Positions 48,370 through 60,507 of a stretch of 64,000 bases of DNA are shown in pieces. This DNA comes from Eledone cirrhosa (taxonomy: Eukaryota), in the NCBI GenBank assembly GCA_964016885.1, contig OZ024742.1, positions 71,176,001 through 71,240,000 on the forward strand, given 5' to 3'. The notes below the pieces were generated by a model. That model did no database searches. It was not told the origin of the DNA and saw nothing but the letters and a program-made list of their open reading frames with translations. The position numbers and the translations under genes were made by a program. Position 1 is the first letter of the stretch, and the number at the start of each line of letters is the position of its first letter.

Positions 48370-48830
48370 TAATAATAATAATTATAATGATTTCTTTATT
48401 GAACTCAAAGGGTTTACATAAAAAAATACATTAATGACAGCACAGGATGGTGTAATGTGGGTTTCTGTATGTAAAAATGAGTATAAAACAAAAACAAAGG
48501 ATGTAACAAAAAAATAGAATTAAAAGAAAATTCCCCAATAGGGGTAGACTTCCAGGGGTTACTTGTGAAGAAAACCCACAAAAACCACAGTCACTCTGAC
48601 TGCAAGGGCAAGTTTCCTCTCCCAATTGTCCTCCCTCAACCTACAGGCACACGCTCAGAGCAGGCCCATTCACTTGGGCCATTCTCACCTTTCAACAAAT
48701 TGCTTTGAAGGCAGCATTTCCTTCTTCATTCTGAATTTCTCCTTCAAGTGAAACCTGAAGAAGTTAATCAATCAGGGGGTCACCGAAGAGGAAAGTGCCC
48801 ATCTTCAGCCCTTCCAGACTTATTTGTTAA
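48370..48830 (-). mobile_element. Probable LINE 3' end (L1/Tx1-like)
   Basis: Minus strand aataaa plus (ATT)n tail; LINFFRFHLKEK..FVER-like C-terminal remnant. Confidence 0.35.
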
Positions 48831-49299
48831 AGTGACATCAAAAGAAGGGTCAGGTTACATAAAGTGTATGTGGGGTGGATGGGGTGGGTGGTGTGGTGTC
48901 CATAGAAATCGGATGTGTTAAAAAAAGAAATAAAAAAATAAGATATACAGAATATACATAGTCTACAGCTTGTCAAGTTGGTTATATTTTTACTTAGTAT
49001 CAACACTCTAACCATAGATAAACTAATATGGATTAGTTTTAGGGATGATCAGTGAGTTTTTCTTCTATAATTGTATTTACAGTATGTACTTGATTAATGA
49101 TCTAATTGATTACTGATCTGATTTATTAATGATCCAACTGATTAATGACCCAATTGATTAATCATGTGATTGATTCACCATAGATGGAACTACTGCATTG
49201 TGAAATGTTTTTCCGCATTCAATCAATGGAACTTGAACTAAACAGAAACAGTTTCAAGAAGCCAGAAAGATATAATATATTTCATCATTATTTCCACAG

Positions 49300-49481
49300 T
49301 GAATTGGCAGTATCGGTAGCGTGTCAGACACCATGCTTTACAGCATAGAGTTATGGCTCTTTATGTTCTGAGTTCAAGTCCCACTGAGGTTAACTTTGTC
49401 TTTCATCCTTGCGGGTTCGATAAAATAAAGAACCAGTAATGCACTGGAGTAATTGCTGGCCTTGTGCCAAAAGTAGAAACA
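49300..49481 (+). mobile_element. Family-A SINE
   Basis: TSD attatttccacag at 49287-49299 and 49482-49494. Confidence 0.9.
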
Positions 49482-50009
49482 ATTATTTCCACAGAAACAG
49501 CAGAGTATAAAATATCATTAAACATATTTCAACTGGTGTTTGAGAGTGTTCATGATTGCATTTGTTCCAATGTACTGTAGAGAGAGAAAGGCCATGTTAA
49601 ATATCAGTCTGAGAGAGAGGCTATGTTAAAACCAATCTTAAAAAAAAATTACCAAGATTGGAAATTCAATATATGATTACTGGTCTACCAAATATAAACA
49701 AAATCTTTCAGTACATGGAAGCTACGAAAAGATTCAACAACAGAAACTTCTAGCTGTTTTACAGCTTCCTTTGTTTTCTCTTTTCGTTTTCATTTTCATT
49801 TTCTTCTGCATAATCTACCTCCCATTGGTTTTTAATATTTGAAATTTTGTTTTTCCCCCTTTTTTTTATTAGCTGTCACACTAGCTCTTTTTGATTACCA
49901 ACTGTGAGGAGTACTCGACACATCCTCTAGTCTGTCGTGGCTTACCAGCTCTATACGGACATTTAAATTGAATAAATAAATAAAAAAATAAATAAATGAA
50001 TTTTTTAGG

Positions 50010-50370
50010 TCAGTTACCTCCCATCAGAGGCCAGTCTGCTGGGGAAGGGGTATACTATTTAGCAATTGGTCAATTACTTCCCACAAGAGGCCAGCCTGCA
50101 AGGGAGGAGGTATACTATTTTCTGGTCTTTAAACCAATTACTTCTCACAATGAACCAACCCGTTAGGGGGTGGGTATACTATGTGCTGGTCTTTAGGCCA
50201 AATACTTCCCACAAGGGACCAGTCTACTAGGAAGGGGGTATACTATTTGCTGGTCTTTAGGCCAAATACTTCCCACAAGGAACCGGCCTGTTGGGGAGGG
50301 GGTATACTATTTGCTCGTCTTTAGGCCAAATACTTCCTACCAGAGACCAGTCTGTTGGGGAAAAGGTATA
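50010..50370. repeat. ~60-bp minisatellite, about 6 copies
   Basis: tacttcccacaag..ccagtctg..ggg.gggtatactatttgctggtctttaggccaa. Confidence 0.9.
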
Positions 50371-51023
50371 TGAGTGTGTGTGTGTGTGTGTGTGTGTTCA
50401 GGTATGAATGTTATTGCATGTGGGGATCTGTATGTTTTAAGCTATGTGTACATGTGCATATGTTTCTGTATATATTCATGTAAGTATGTATGTATATATG
50501 TTTGTATGTATGTATGTACATATGTATGTATGTATGTATGTGTGTATGTATATAAGTATGTATATATGTATGTTTTCTCTGTTCTTACACAGTCCATGTC
50601 CAAATTTGTCACTTCCAAATTTAAATTCCACTTGGAATAACCAACTCAACTTAAATCCTTAATTCTTATTTCTTTCTTTCTTGCTGCACTTTGAACAATA
50701 TTTGCTTCTTAAGTGATATATTTTAAGATGTTTTCTCAAGAATTCCCATTGCATGCCTGCTTCTAGCACCATCTTAGAAGTTCTTAAGCGTTTTTGTTTT
50801 TATCTCCTGTAATCTATCTATATTTAAACATTGCTTCTTACAGATCAATTTTATAGAATGAAATATATTTCTTCTATAACTTCTTCATTTCTTTATTTCC
50901 ATGGAAACAGGTAATTTTGAATAGAGATCAATGGGCTAATTTATTTTATAAACTATTTTCACAAAGATTTGTATTGAGTTCCAAGAAATTTAGTTATTGT
51001 TGTCATTATTGCTACTGTCATAT

Positions 51024-51207
51024 GGCGGTGGATTGGCAGTATCGGTAGAGGGTCGGACGCCATGCTTTCCAGCATAGTTACGTCCCTTTACGATCTGAGT
51101 TCAAATCCCGCCGAGGTTGACTTTGCCTTTCATCCTTACGGGGTCGATAAAATAAAGTACCAGTAATGCACTGGGTAATTGCTGGCCTTGTGCCTAAAGT
51201 AGAAACA
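51024..51207 (+). mobile_element. Family-A SINE, full length, young
   Basis: ggcggtggattggcagtatcggtag...gagttcaaatcc...; 18-bp TSD attattgctactgtcata at 51005-51022 and 51208-51225. Confidence 0.95.
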
Positions 51208-51249
51208 ATTATTGCTACTGTCATAGAACCACTGTAACCAATAGCCTTC

Positions 51250-51730
51250 TCCTCCTCCTCATAATCCCTGCCGCCGCCACCACCACCACCTCCTCCACAA
51301 CCACAACCAGCACCAGCACCAGCACCAGTACCACCAGCACCACCACCAACACCACTACCAGCACCACCACCAGCACCACCACCTACACCACCACCTACAC
51401 CAACACCATCATCACCACCACCACCATCACCATCACCAGCACCACCACCACCATCATCATCATCACCACTGTTTTAATGGATTTGCTATATGTTTGACAG
51501 ATCTGTAACTCAGTGTCTTTCCATGCTGTATGAATACTTCCCACAATCAGCACATGGCCACATATTTTTATCCAACACTTGTATCACATAATCATATCAT
51601 ATGTCTCAACAGCAAACGTCTACTAACTCACTAACCACACTACTAACTCACTAACTATTCTATTAACTCACTAACTATTCTACTAACTCACTAACGTTTC
51701 TACTAACTCACTGACCCTTCTGCTAACTCA
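51250..51730. repeat. (CAC)n-rich tract (51250-51470) and 20-bp repeat tactaactcactaactattc, about 6 copies (51620-51730)
   Basis: Direct reading. Confidence 0.9.
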
Positions 51731-52049
51731 CCTGCACTTTGATGTTCAAGAAAATTAATTATTTACAGTCAGCCACCCATATTTCACCAATCCATCTTGA
51801 ACCTCTTGAGATAATTCAATGTTTATATCTTATACTCATTCCAATCCTTGCATATTTTTTCAGTAGGTTGACTTTTATTTGTAAAGTTTAACACTTTTGG
51901 TTGTTTAGATGCTTCAATGTTGAGTGGTAAAATGGTCACAGTCCCCGAATAAGGCTGATAGTTATTGGATAAGGAAGGCTCATTCTTTTTGACCATTGGA
52001 ATTGGTAACTTGTTAACTTCTGGCAATTGTGAGACAACACTTTGTTGCA

Positions 52050-52620
52050 ACAAGAAGTGAGTAATATCTCTTTTTTTATGGAATTAAATTTCAGCCAACA
52101 TTTATGATTAGATAATTAAGAGCTTTGTTGTTAGTTGTGGGAATATGACAGTTTAACTTTTGTATCAATGGATAATTAGACTGTCATGGTATGTTCATTT
52201 TATCAAAGTGGCAAAGATGCAGTTGATATTCCATGGGTGTAAAAAGTGGTCTAGTCAAAAATAGTCCAGGTTATACAGAGCAAGTAATTTCTCTATTCCT
52301 GAATCCACCAGATGAAATGGGACAGGGAAGGCAAGTTTTCTTCATCTTTGGATCTGAAGGAATTTATATGCTGAGCAAACCTTTTCTTAAAGTCAATGGC
52401 TGTAAGTCTTCTTTCAGTCATAGACAATTACACAGGATATACAGCTTTTGTAAAAAGGTCTATCTTATCTGTTCTAAGTGTAATTTGGAATGGTAGGATT
52501 TTGATTTTCTTCTAGTACAACTTTCCTTGATTATTGCTATGGGAATGTTATGAATGTGGATAAAATATTTTTGTTCCATAAAGGCGTTTTTAATGCCATT
52601 TGTATTCTATTGTAGAAAAT
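52050..52620 (-). pseudogene. Decayed GIY-YIG endonuclease region of a Penelope-like element
   Basis: Minus strand LTAIDFKKRFAQHINSFRSKDEENLPSLSHFIWWIQE*..ITWTIL resembles the Penelope pattern GLT..FK.R...H..SF.......LS..IW.......I.W.IL. Confidence 0.6.
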
Positions 52621-53289
52621 TTAGATTTTGTTTGTATATGAAATATATATTTTTAAATGTATTTTGTGCAGACCTGCAAAAGTGGAAAGGGAATCAATGG
52701 TACTTCCTGTTTTTATTATTGTTGTTGTCAGAGTTATTATTTAAGTAATATTATGTGTTTTTATGAATTGTTTTTAATATTGTTGTAAGATGCCTAATTA
52801 TTTAGGGGTTTTAGAACTCAACCCATGCAGAGTTGCAGCTTCTGTAATTCTCTGATGGCATTCACGTTTGGTGAGAGAAATATTTTTTTGTGTCAAGAAT
52901 TTATTGTTTGGCTAGTATTCTAGACATGACAACCCTTTTTTTTTTTTTTTTTTTTTGTTAGGATAATATATTTAGTATTAGTTTATCATATATATATTTA
53001 ATTATTTAAAAGATGGTAAGGTAGCATTTGAAGAAAATATGGTTTCAGATTTTGTAGGTCCAGCAACCACAAATAGGTTTCCTGAGTAGTTTGTTTATCT
53101 TATAGTCACATTGGATAGTGAAATTACAAATGATTTTAATATCATTTGACCTAGTTATACTGGGGGAGGGGTGCTTATACCATTTCCCTGATCTTTCCAA
53201 GACTTACATTCTACATAACTCTTAGCAGACAATCCATTGATATAATCATGCTTTCTCTTATTTTCTCTCTAAGTTAATTTAGTGTTCAC

Positions 53290-53900
53290 ATATCAAATGT
53301 ACTATATTTACAGCTAATCTTTCTGGTGGTACTTTGCCAGAGAATCTTCACCAGCTTTCCAAAATCTTGCCATCTAATACTTCCCAACCATGATGTAAGT
53401 AACCCTCCAGAAAGTAGCATTGCTTTCAATTCCACAATACATGCATATATGTCATGAGTTTTCTGAAATTTTCCTTCATTTTGCAAGTCTACACCAAGTA
53501 TGAAAACATATCTGGTCATTTCAGACTAATAAGGCAATCAGCTGTGAAAATGTCCCTTCCATTAACTTGAGTTAGCCTTTCTCCCATCTTTGTCAAACTT
53601 TTCGGTTTTTCTCATTCTGCAGAGATTTATCTTTATCTTTAGAAATATGCTACATTGTGTCCCATCCCAAATGAAATAATTCATCTGACCCAGCAAACTG
53701 CTGATATATCGATGTCTCTTTCAAAAGCTCAAAGATGGTAGGAACAACCTCTCAAACACTATGAGTTTTTCCTCCTCAATAGTACTACCAGAGTAGCTTC
53801 TGTACAGTCAAACTTACTGAGGTCTGGACTCTCACTTACCAGGAGTTTCTCTTCCTCGAGAAGATTGGTGAAAGCAATATTGTTTTGCCTGACATTCACA
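53290..53900 (-). pseudogene. Possible very old hAT (Charlie-like) transposase remnant
   Basis: FVNVRQ..FTNLLEEE..DL and LQNEGK..DIYACIVELKAML weakly match hAT core patterns. Confidence 0.35.
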
Positions 53901-56900
53901 AAGTCTTTTATTATCTAGCATGAAAATAACTTGATTAAGTTGCTCTCCTATGGGGTTCATATGTCTCTCAATTATTAGGTTGGAAAATTCTTTTCAATTT
54001 GTGCCATAACATATACCGATGATGCTCTCTCAGACCTACATTCTATCAACTCTGGCTCATCTTAATGCTCAGTAATGCTCAGGTGCAGAAAATAACTGTA
54101 AGTACAGTCAGATGCTATAAAATAGCTTATAAAATAGGGTAAATACTCTTAGAGGTGGAAAAAGAAGTTGGAAGCAGCAGCTACAAGGGATCATACCTCG
54201 TATTTCTCAGATACTAACTGAAATCTCTAGCTATTGAGCTTAGGAACCTCTAACAATATCTTAGCATCTGAATTAAGGAGCTGAATCGAAGAGCTTTTGA
54301 AAATGGATGTTTTGGCATTAGATGAACTATGTTTTAAATGCTTCTCTGATTCTTTTCATTGAGATGTCCAAGTATATTAGTGACAAATAACTGTCTGAAA
54401 TTTGCTACTCCTTAATTGTTAGGTTAATAGGAGGTATAATGTGTGCAATTTCTAGTGTCATTATGATCCTGTAATATTGTTCTAATATTCACATTCATCC
54501 CACACTGTCAATGTGGTTGGCATTAGGAAGGGCATCCAGCCGTAGAAAACCAGCCAGAAACACCCCTATATGAGCAAGACACGGCCATCCGACACAACTT
54601 GTTTCTAAATAGGACCCATCTAACCCATGCTAGCGTTGAAGATTGACGTTAATCGATGATGATGATGATTTGCTAGTCAAATGGCACATGTGTTATTCAA
54701 TGCAGCATACTGTTTGATAATGACAGGGTTTATACACCATCTTTTGAATATTTTTTCTATATCCAAAAAATCCTTCCAATGAAGGAATTTCTTCCAATAT
54801 TGGTTGTCCTAATTTATTGGGATAATTAATACTGTTTCTTAATTCTAGAAACTGTTGTCAGGGAGAAGATATAAGCTAAACTTTCTAATATTACTTTGTC
54901 TAATGGATGTTTAAGACAAGACAATGAACAAAAACAAGGCAAAACAAAATATAAATACACACGCACACACACACACACATATATATATATACACTCCATT
55001 TTTGTATTTGTTTTGCAAGATTGTTGATGTGAAATCATGTTGAAACAGATATTGTTATACTTTGGGAGGGAGAGAGTTACATACTTTTTTTTATCAGTGA
55101 TGTCTGGGGATGGAAGGCACCTCCTTCTTTCCATGCTGACATGGTTGGCTAAGAAAGGGGAAATCAGGGGTGTGAATGGGGTAGTAAGTGATAGGCAATG
55201 GCGGTAGTCTTGAAGTGAAGGAGTGAATGTGTGACGCCTGGCAGTGTTCTACAGAAGGTGCATCTGTCTTTCCATGTTGGCAAGGTTAAATGAGGAAAGA
55301 AGAATCAGGGATATGAATGAGAAGGAAGACAAGTTGCATTTCATTCTACTCAAGTTCGAGGTGGGTATTCTATGGCTGCTACATACGGCCAGTTGACTCA
55401 ATCTTGTACCATCTCTTTCAAGATGTTCAGCTCTGTGAGGTCAGTTTTGACCACATCTTTTTAAGTTTTCCTGTGCCTACTTCTTATATGCAAATATATT
55501 TAGTTACATATTAAAATATATTATAAATGTTTGGTTTTTCACCCCACAAGGCAAATTAAATCAATGAATATTTTTAAATATGACATACATCTTTTATTTT
55601 AACATTTCATGGATTAGAGAAAGATGATCCACATATTTATAAACACACACACATGCACGCACACACACAAACACACACACACATGCACACATATACATTT
55701 GGTTATGATGATGATGATAACAATAATAATCACCAACAACAACACAAGGAATACCACTTCCATAGAACTACAATGGCCACCACTACAATCACTACCACTA
55801 CCATCACCCCTATGATTATCATTGACCCACATTACCATAATTACCACAGGATCATCATCATCTTCATCACAATCATCACTGAGTGAGGGTAGGGGATAAA
55901 AGAAAAGCTATGGATCATGACCCAACACTACAAGACAATCAAATATATACCCCACCATCTGATGACAGTAAAAGACAAATAGAATTCAAGGAATGTATTA
56001 ACAGATACCAATTCCTTCCATATCTCTCTTTGACCCCCCCCCCCCATTAACTGAATTAAAGTAACTAATCTTTTAAGTTTACCACATTTGAAGAATAAAA
56101 TCTTATTTTGGAAGAAATTCCAAAAATGTAAACTTTTTTCTCAAGACATGCAATGTTTTATTTTATCAAGACCTTTGCCCCAGTATATTAGTTTTTCTTT
56201 CAAAAAACATTCTTGCAAGAGAGAAGACTAAATTAAATACAAACTGTGCTGTTATATAAAAAATGTGAATATATTTAAGTTGAAATGTATAATCAACTTA
56301 TTAAGACAAACAACTTTACAGTCTGTTGATGACTTTGATAGGAAATGTTTCCACTACTTGGGGGCAAAAGAAAATGTTTGTTAAATAAGAAAATCAAAAG
56401 AAAACAAAAGTGAATAATTAAAAATGATTAAAAAACGTCATGAATAGCTAAAATAATATTATTTTCAAATTATTTATAAATTGAAATAATCTTTTAATAA
56501 TTATTTTTGTGTCTGTTTATCTAAATATTTTTCAATACAGATGGTAAATTGCGTCATATGCTGTGTGGTGACAGATATAATTAATTTCAGTGAATGTTTG
56601 TCAAATATTCTTTTTACGATTTTATCAGGGTGAGAGGGAGTGTCCATGACCTTTTTCAGAACCACTGATACAGGTGGGGGGAGGGGGGAGTATCATTAAA
56701 CTGAATCATGGCTCAAGTGCATGTAACAGAGCAAGCTCTGCCAAAGAATCCTAGGACCAAGTGCTGAATGACTGATTAAGTCTACCAACCAAGTAGGCAA
56801 TAGTGTGATTTTAAATCAAAACATAAAGAGCCAGAACAAATACCACAGGATGTCTTGTTCGACTCTCTAACAATTCTGCCAATCCATCACCCCAGGTTGG

Positions 56901-57039
56901 TACTCTATTTTATTGACCTCAAAACAATGAATAACAACTTGATCTCATTGGGATTTGAACTCAATACCCAGAGAGTCAGAAAAAATGCTACACACCATTT
57001 TATCCCATGCTCTAATGACTCTGCTAAGGCGGTGTCATC

Positions 57040-58050
57040 GTCTTCTTCTTCTTAGTGGTTTTGTCTGTATAGTCTGTCCAGTGATTCTTTGCTGAAACAT
57101 TCTAACCACATGACCATAGATAAGGGATGGCACAAATACCAAATTGAAGATAATGAGTTTGGCTTTTACACCTATTGCCCTTCTTCTGATTACCAAATGC
57201 TGAAGCTGGCACATTACTGCACTAGCTCTTGCAATTCTTGCACTTAATTCAGCCTCCTGTCTTCCATCACTCATGAACACAGCCCCGAATTACATGAACT
57301 TTTCCACTTGCTTCAGTGGAACTCCATTCACATGTAGAGTGCACTGTGCAGGCTTCCTTGAGAGAACAAGTGTCTCAGTCTTTGCAGCACTGATTTTCAT
57401 TCCAGCCATGCAGTACTCGGCAGCAAACCTGTCAAGTGCATATTGGAGATCACCTTCTGATGAGTTGAGTACTAACATGATCACCTTCCACAGCAGGTCC
57501 CATGGAATGCAGTTATGCCTTTTTGAGGATTACAAAGAAAGAATATACTGTTTGGCAGTATTTCCAGGATTTATTCACAGTATGAATATTTGGTTGGTTG
57601 TGCTGCATCCAGGGTGAAAACCTCACTGTTCATCAGCTAGCTTGGACTCAACAATCTCCCTACATCTCTTTGCCAGGCACTCAGCATAGACTTTACTAGG
57701 GAGATCTAATAAGGAGATCCCTCTATAATAGGAGCAATCTCACTTGTCTCTCTTTTTGAAAATTGGAATTATCACTCCAGATTGCCATTGCTTAGGTGCC
57801 ATTCCAGAGATCCAGACCATCCAGCACACATGAGTCAGCCAGAGAATTCTTTCTCTATTTAAGGCATTTAACATCTCGGGCTGAATTTCATCCTTGCCAC
57901 ATTTGAGCTCTTTAATAGCTCTTGTGACCTCAGCCTCTGAAAGATTAGTCATCGCACCTCAGAAAATGCTGTTGTCATTGGGTTTAGGAGATCAGGAAAG
58001 TATTCTCTCCACCTCATGAGGATGTATCTCTCTGCTAAGTCACTTTTCAG
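57040..58050 (-). mobile_element. Decayed RTE LINE (GAA-tail family)
   Basis: WQSGVIIPIFKK, LQYALDRFAAE..GMKISAAKTE, LIYGH; (GAA)n tail near 57041-57052. Confidence 0.85.
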
Positions 58051-59471
58051 TAATTCATGTTTACAAAATTTCAATGCCACATACAGAGGACATGAGATGA
58101 GTAAAGTAGCCCTCTTTGATTAATATTTCTGTTACTATTTTCACTGCATTGTGAAGAACGTTATCATATGACCTATGAATTAAAACAACTATATAGTTCC
58201 CATTTTAAAATGAAAAGGTATTTTTTGAGAGAGGCCTGACAGTTGAGTTGCAGATCAAACTAAGAGAATAGTTTATTTGAAGAATATTTGTCTACTACAT
58301 TGAGCTGCAATTCAAATTATTACATAGCAGTACCATCACTATCTCGAGTCAACCTGTGAGCCTTAACTATTAAATTGAACTGCAAATCAATTATCTGATG
58401 TCATCCAATTGTGAACAGATGTGATGTCTAACTATTAAATTGAGCTGCAGATCAAAAAAAATATCCAGCATAAGCCAACGAGAGTCTCTGCATGGTCACT
58501 CAACCTCCTAGAAACAGAGTCAATATATGCAGCATATATGTCTTAGATAATGAATATATTGGACAAGGTAGTGTTAATTATACAAAACGATGGTAGGGTC
58601 ATGGCTGGAACACTTTTCACCATAGGTCAGCCTCATTACAGCTGACCTCTGGTTCCCTTCCCCACCATCACTACTACTGCTACCACCACCGCCGTGATTA
58701 ACTTTGACTTTCATTCTTTTAGGGGTTGATAAATAAAGTGTTGGTTCAGGGTGTTGATTTAGTAGGAGTTGTGTCAGACAGATTATATCACCAATGGAAA
58801 GACCAATAGAAATATTGTTTCCTTGGTCTGATCACCCCATTCTTCTGTCAGTTGTGGCTGACAGATAGTATGAGTAATGGAAAGACCAATAGAAATATTG
58901 TTTTCTTGGTCTTGTCTGATGATCATCTTCTCTATATCTTTTTAGTTGTTTATTGGTGGGTGTTGAGTAGCATTGAAAACTAGATAGAAATGATATCACT
59001 GGTTCATTGTTTATTATTAACAAGAAATGATTTGAATTAATGGGTACACAGCCAGTTTGGTTTACACACCAGTGGCAATCTGGTGCATTTGACAACAGAC
59101 ATAGGCTTCATTCCCTACTCACAAATATTTGGGCAGAGTTGGCCACCCACAGGAGCACGCCCTACAGTCCATTTTGTCTGCTGTGACCAGCGCCTAGGGT
59201 TCGGCATGCCAGAAAGCACTTCCCCACACTGTTTGGGCCCATATTATTGGGGTAGTATGTTTGAGCCCATTTTTGGGACTTCAAGCATCTATGACAAGAA
59301 ATTTGTAACTTTTAAAAAGCTTAAGTAAACTAATTTCTAGTTGATGGTGTGACATATATATTCAGTTGTCTAGTGTTGATAGATGATATATTTGTGTATA
59401 TTCTAGAATATTTATGCTGCTGCCTTCCCTTCACATTCCCTTCCTGCCCTCACCTTACCTCCTCCTCTTCA

Positions 59472-59558
<87 letters not shown>
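59472..59558. repeat. (TAC)n microsatellite
   Basis: Direct reading. Confidence 0.97.
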
Positions 59559-60507
59559 ATTTCAAATAACTGAACAAAACCTGCCCCCCCCCCTCCCATG
59601 AGAGAATTAGATTGAAAATCAATTTATTATATTTATTTTATTTTGAATAAGAATAAGAATGCTCCTCCCCACAACAAGAATAACAGTCCCAATAACACTA
59701 CTACTACCTAATCCACCACCAATAACACTACAACTACTGGTCCAATAGCCAATAACACTACTACCAATAACACGTGGTGAAATGGTGAAGTTTGATAGGT
59801 TTCTCTGACTTTCTATGTTTCCTGGTTCAATCTAAACCAACATTTCCAGGCTGATTTCTCAAAAATATCTATGATAGAATCTCTTCATTGAGATTTTCAT
59901 CTAATCCGGAGGTTTTAAACGCACAGCCCACAAACTACTTTTTAATGGCTCACAACAGGAAAATATTCAGATCTAATATTTTTCTAAGACTTGGTAATTT
60001 GTCTCTGGCCACTTCTATAATCTTGCTGTAGCTGCATTATTGAGCTTGACCTGCAGACAGACAATCAATTTTAAGATCAGCCAAGGTTTGATTTTTTTTT
60101 TCCTCAAAGAATTTACCGAAAGTAAAAACGGAATTACGGAAAATTTGAAATGAAAAATTTGTCCTCTCATATTTTGTACATATTTACGTATCACACTTAC
60201 TATCAGAACTGTATACATTTTGATGAAAAAACAACAACAAATAAATAGCAACATATCAGCTGAATTGCAGATTAACATTATAAGTGGTGGAAATCATGCC
60301 CCTTCATATCCATTTTGGCCTGCTGTGCCTCATCCCTAGTATGCAATAACACGTTTGAGTCATTGATTGTGAGATAACTGATCTAATCTGTTACAATATA
60401 TACGACAAGCCATCAGATGTTTAAGTCAAGTAATACAACCCTCACTGTAAGATTCATTTCTTATCTATCCATGTAGAGTAAATAAAGAAAAAATCCTTCT
60501 TTATACA

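Noticed and set aside
52674-52700. Strong minus-strand splice acceptor (ttccctttccacttttgcag)
   Set aside because: All three downstream frames stop within about 25 codons and lead into a Penelope relic; a non-coding exon cannot be excluded
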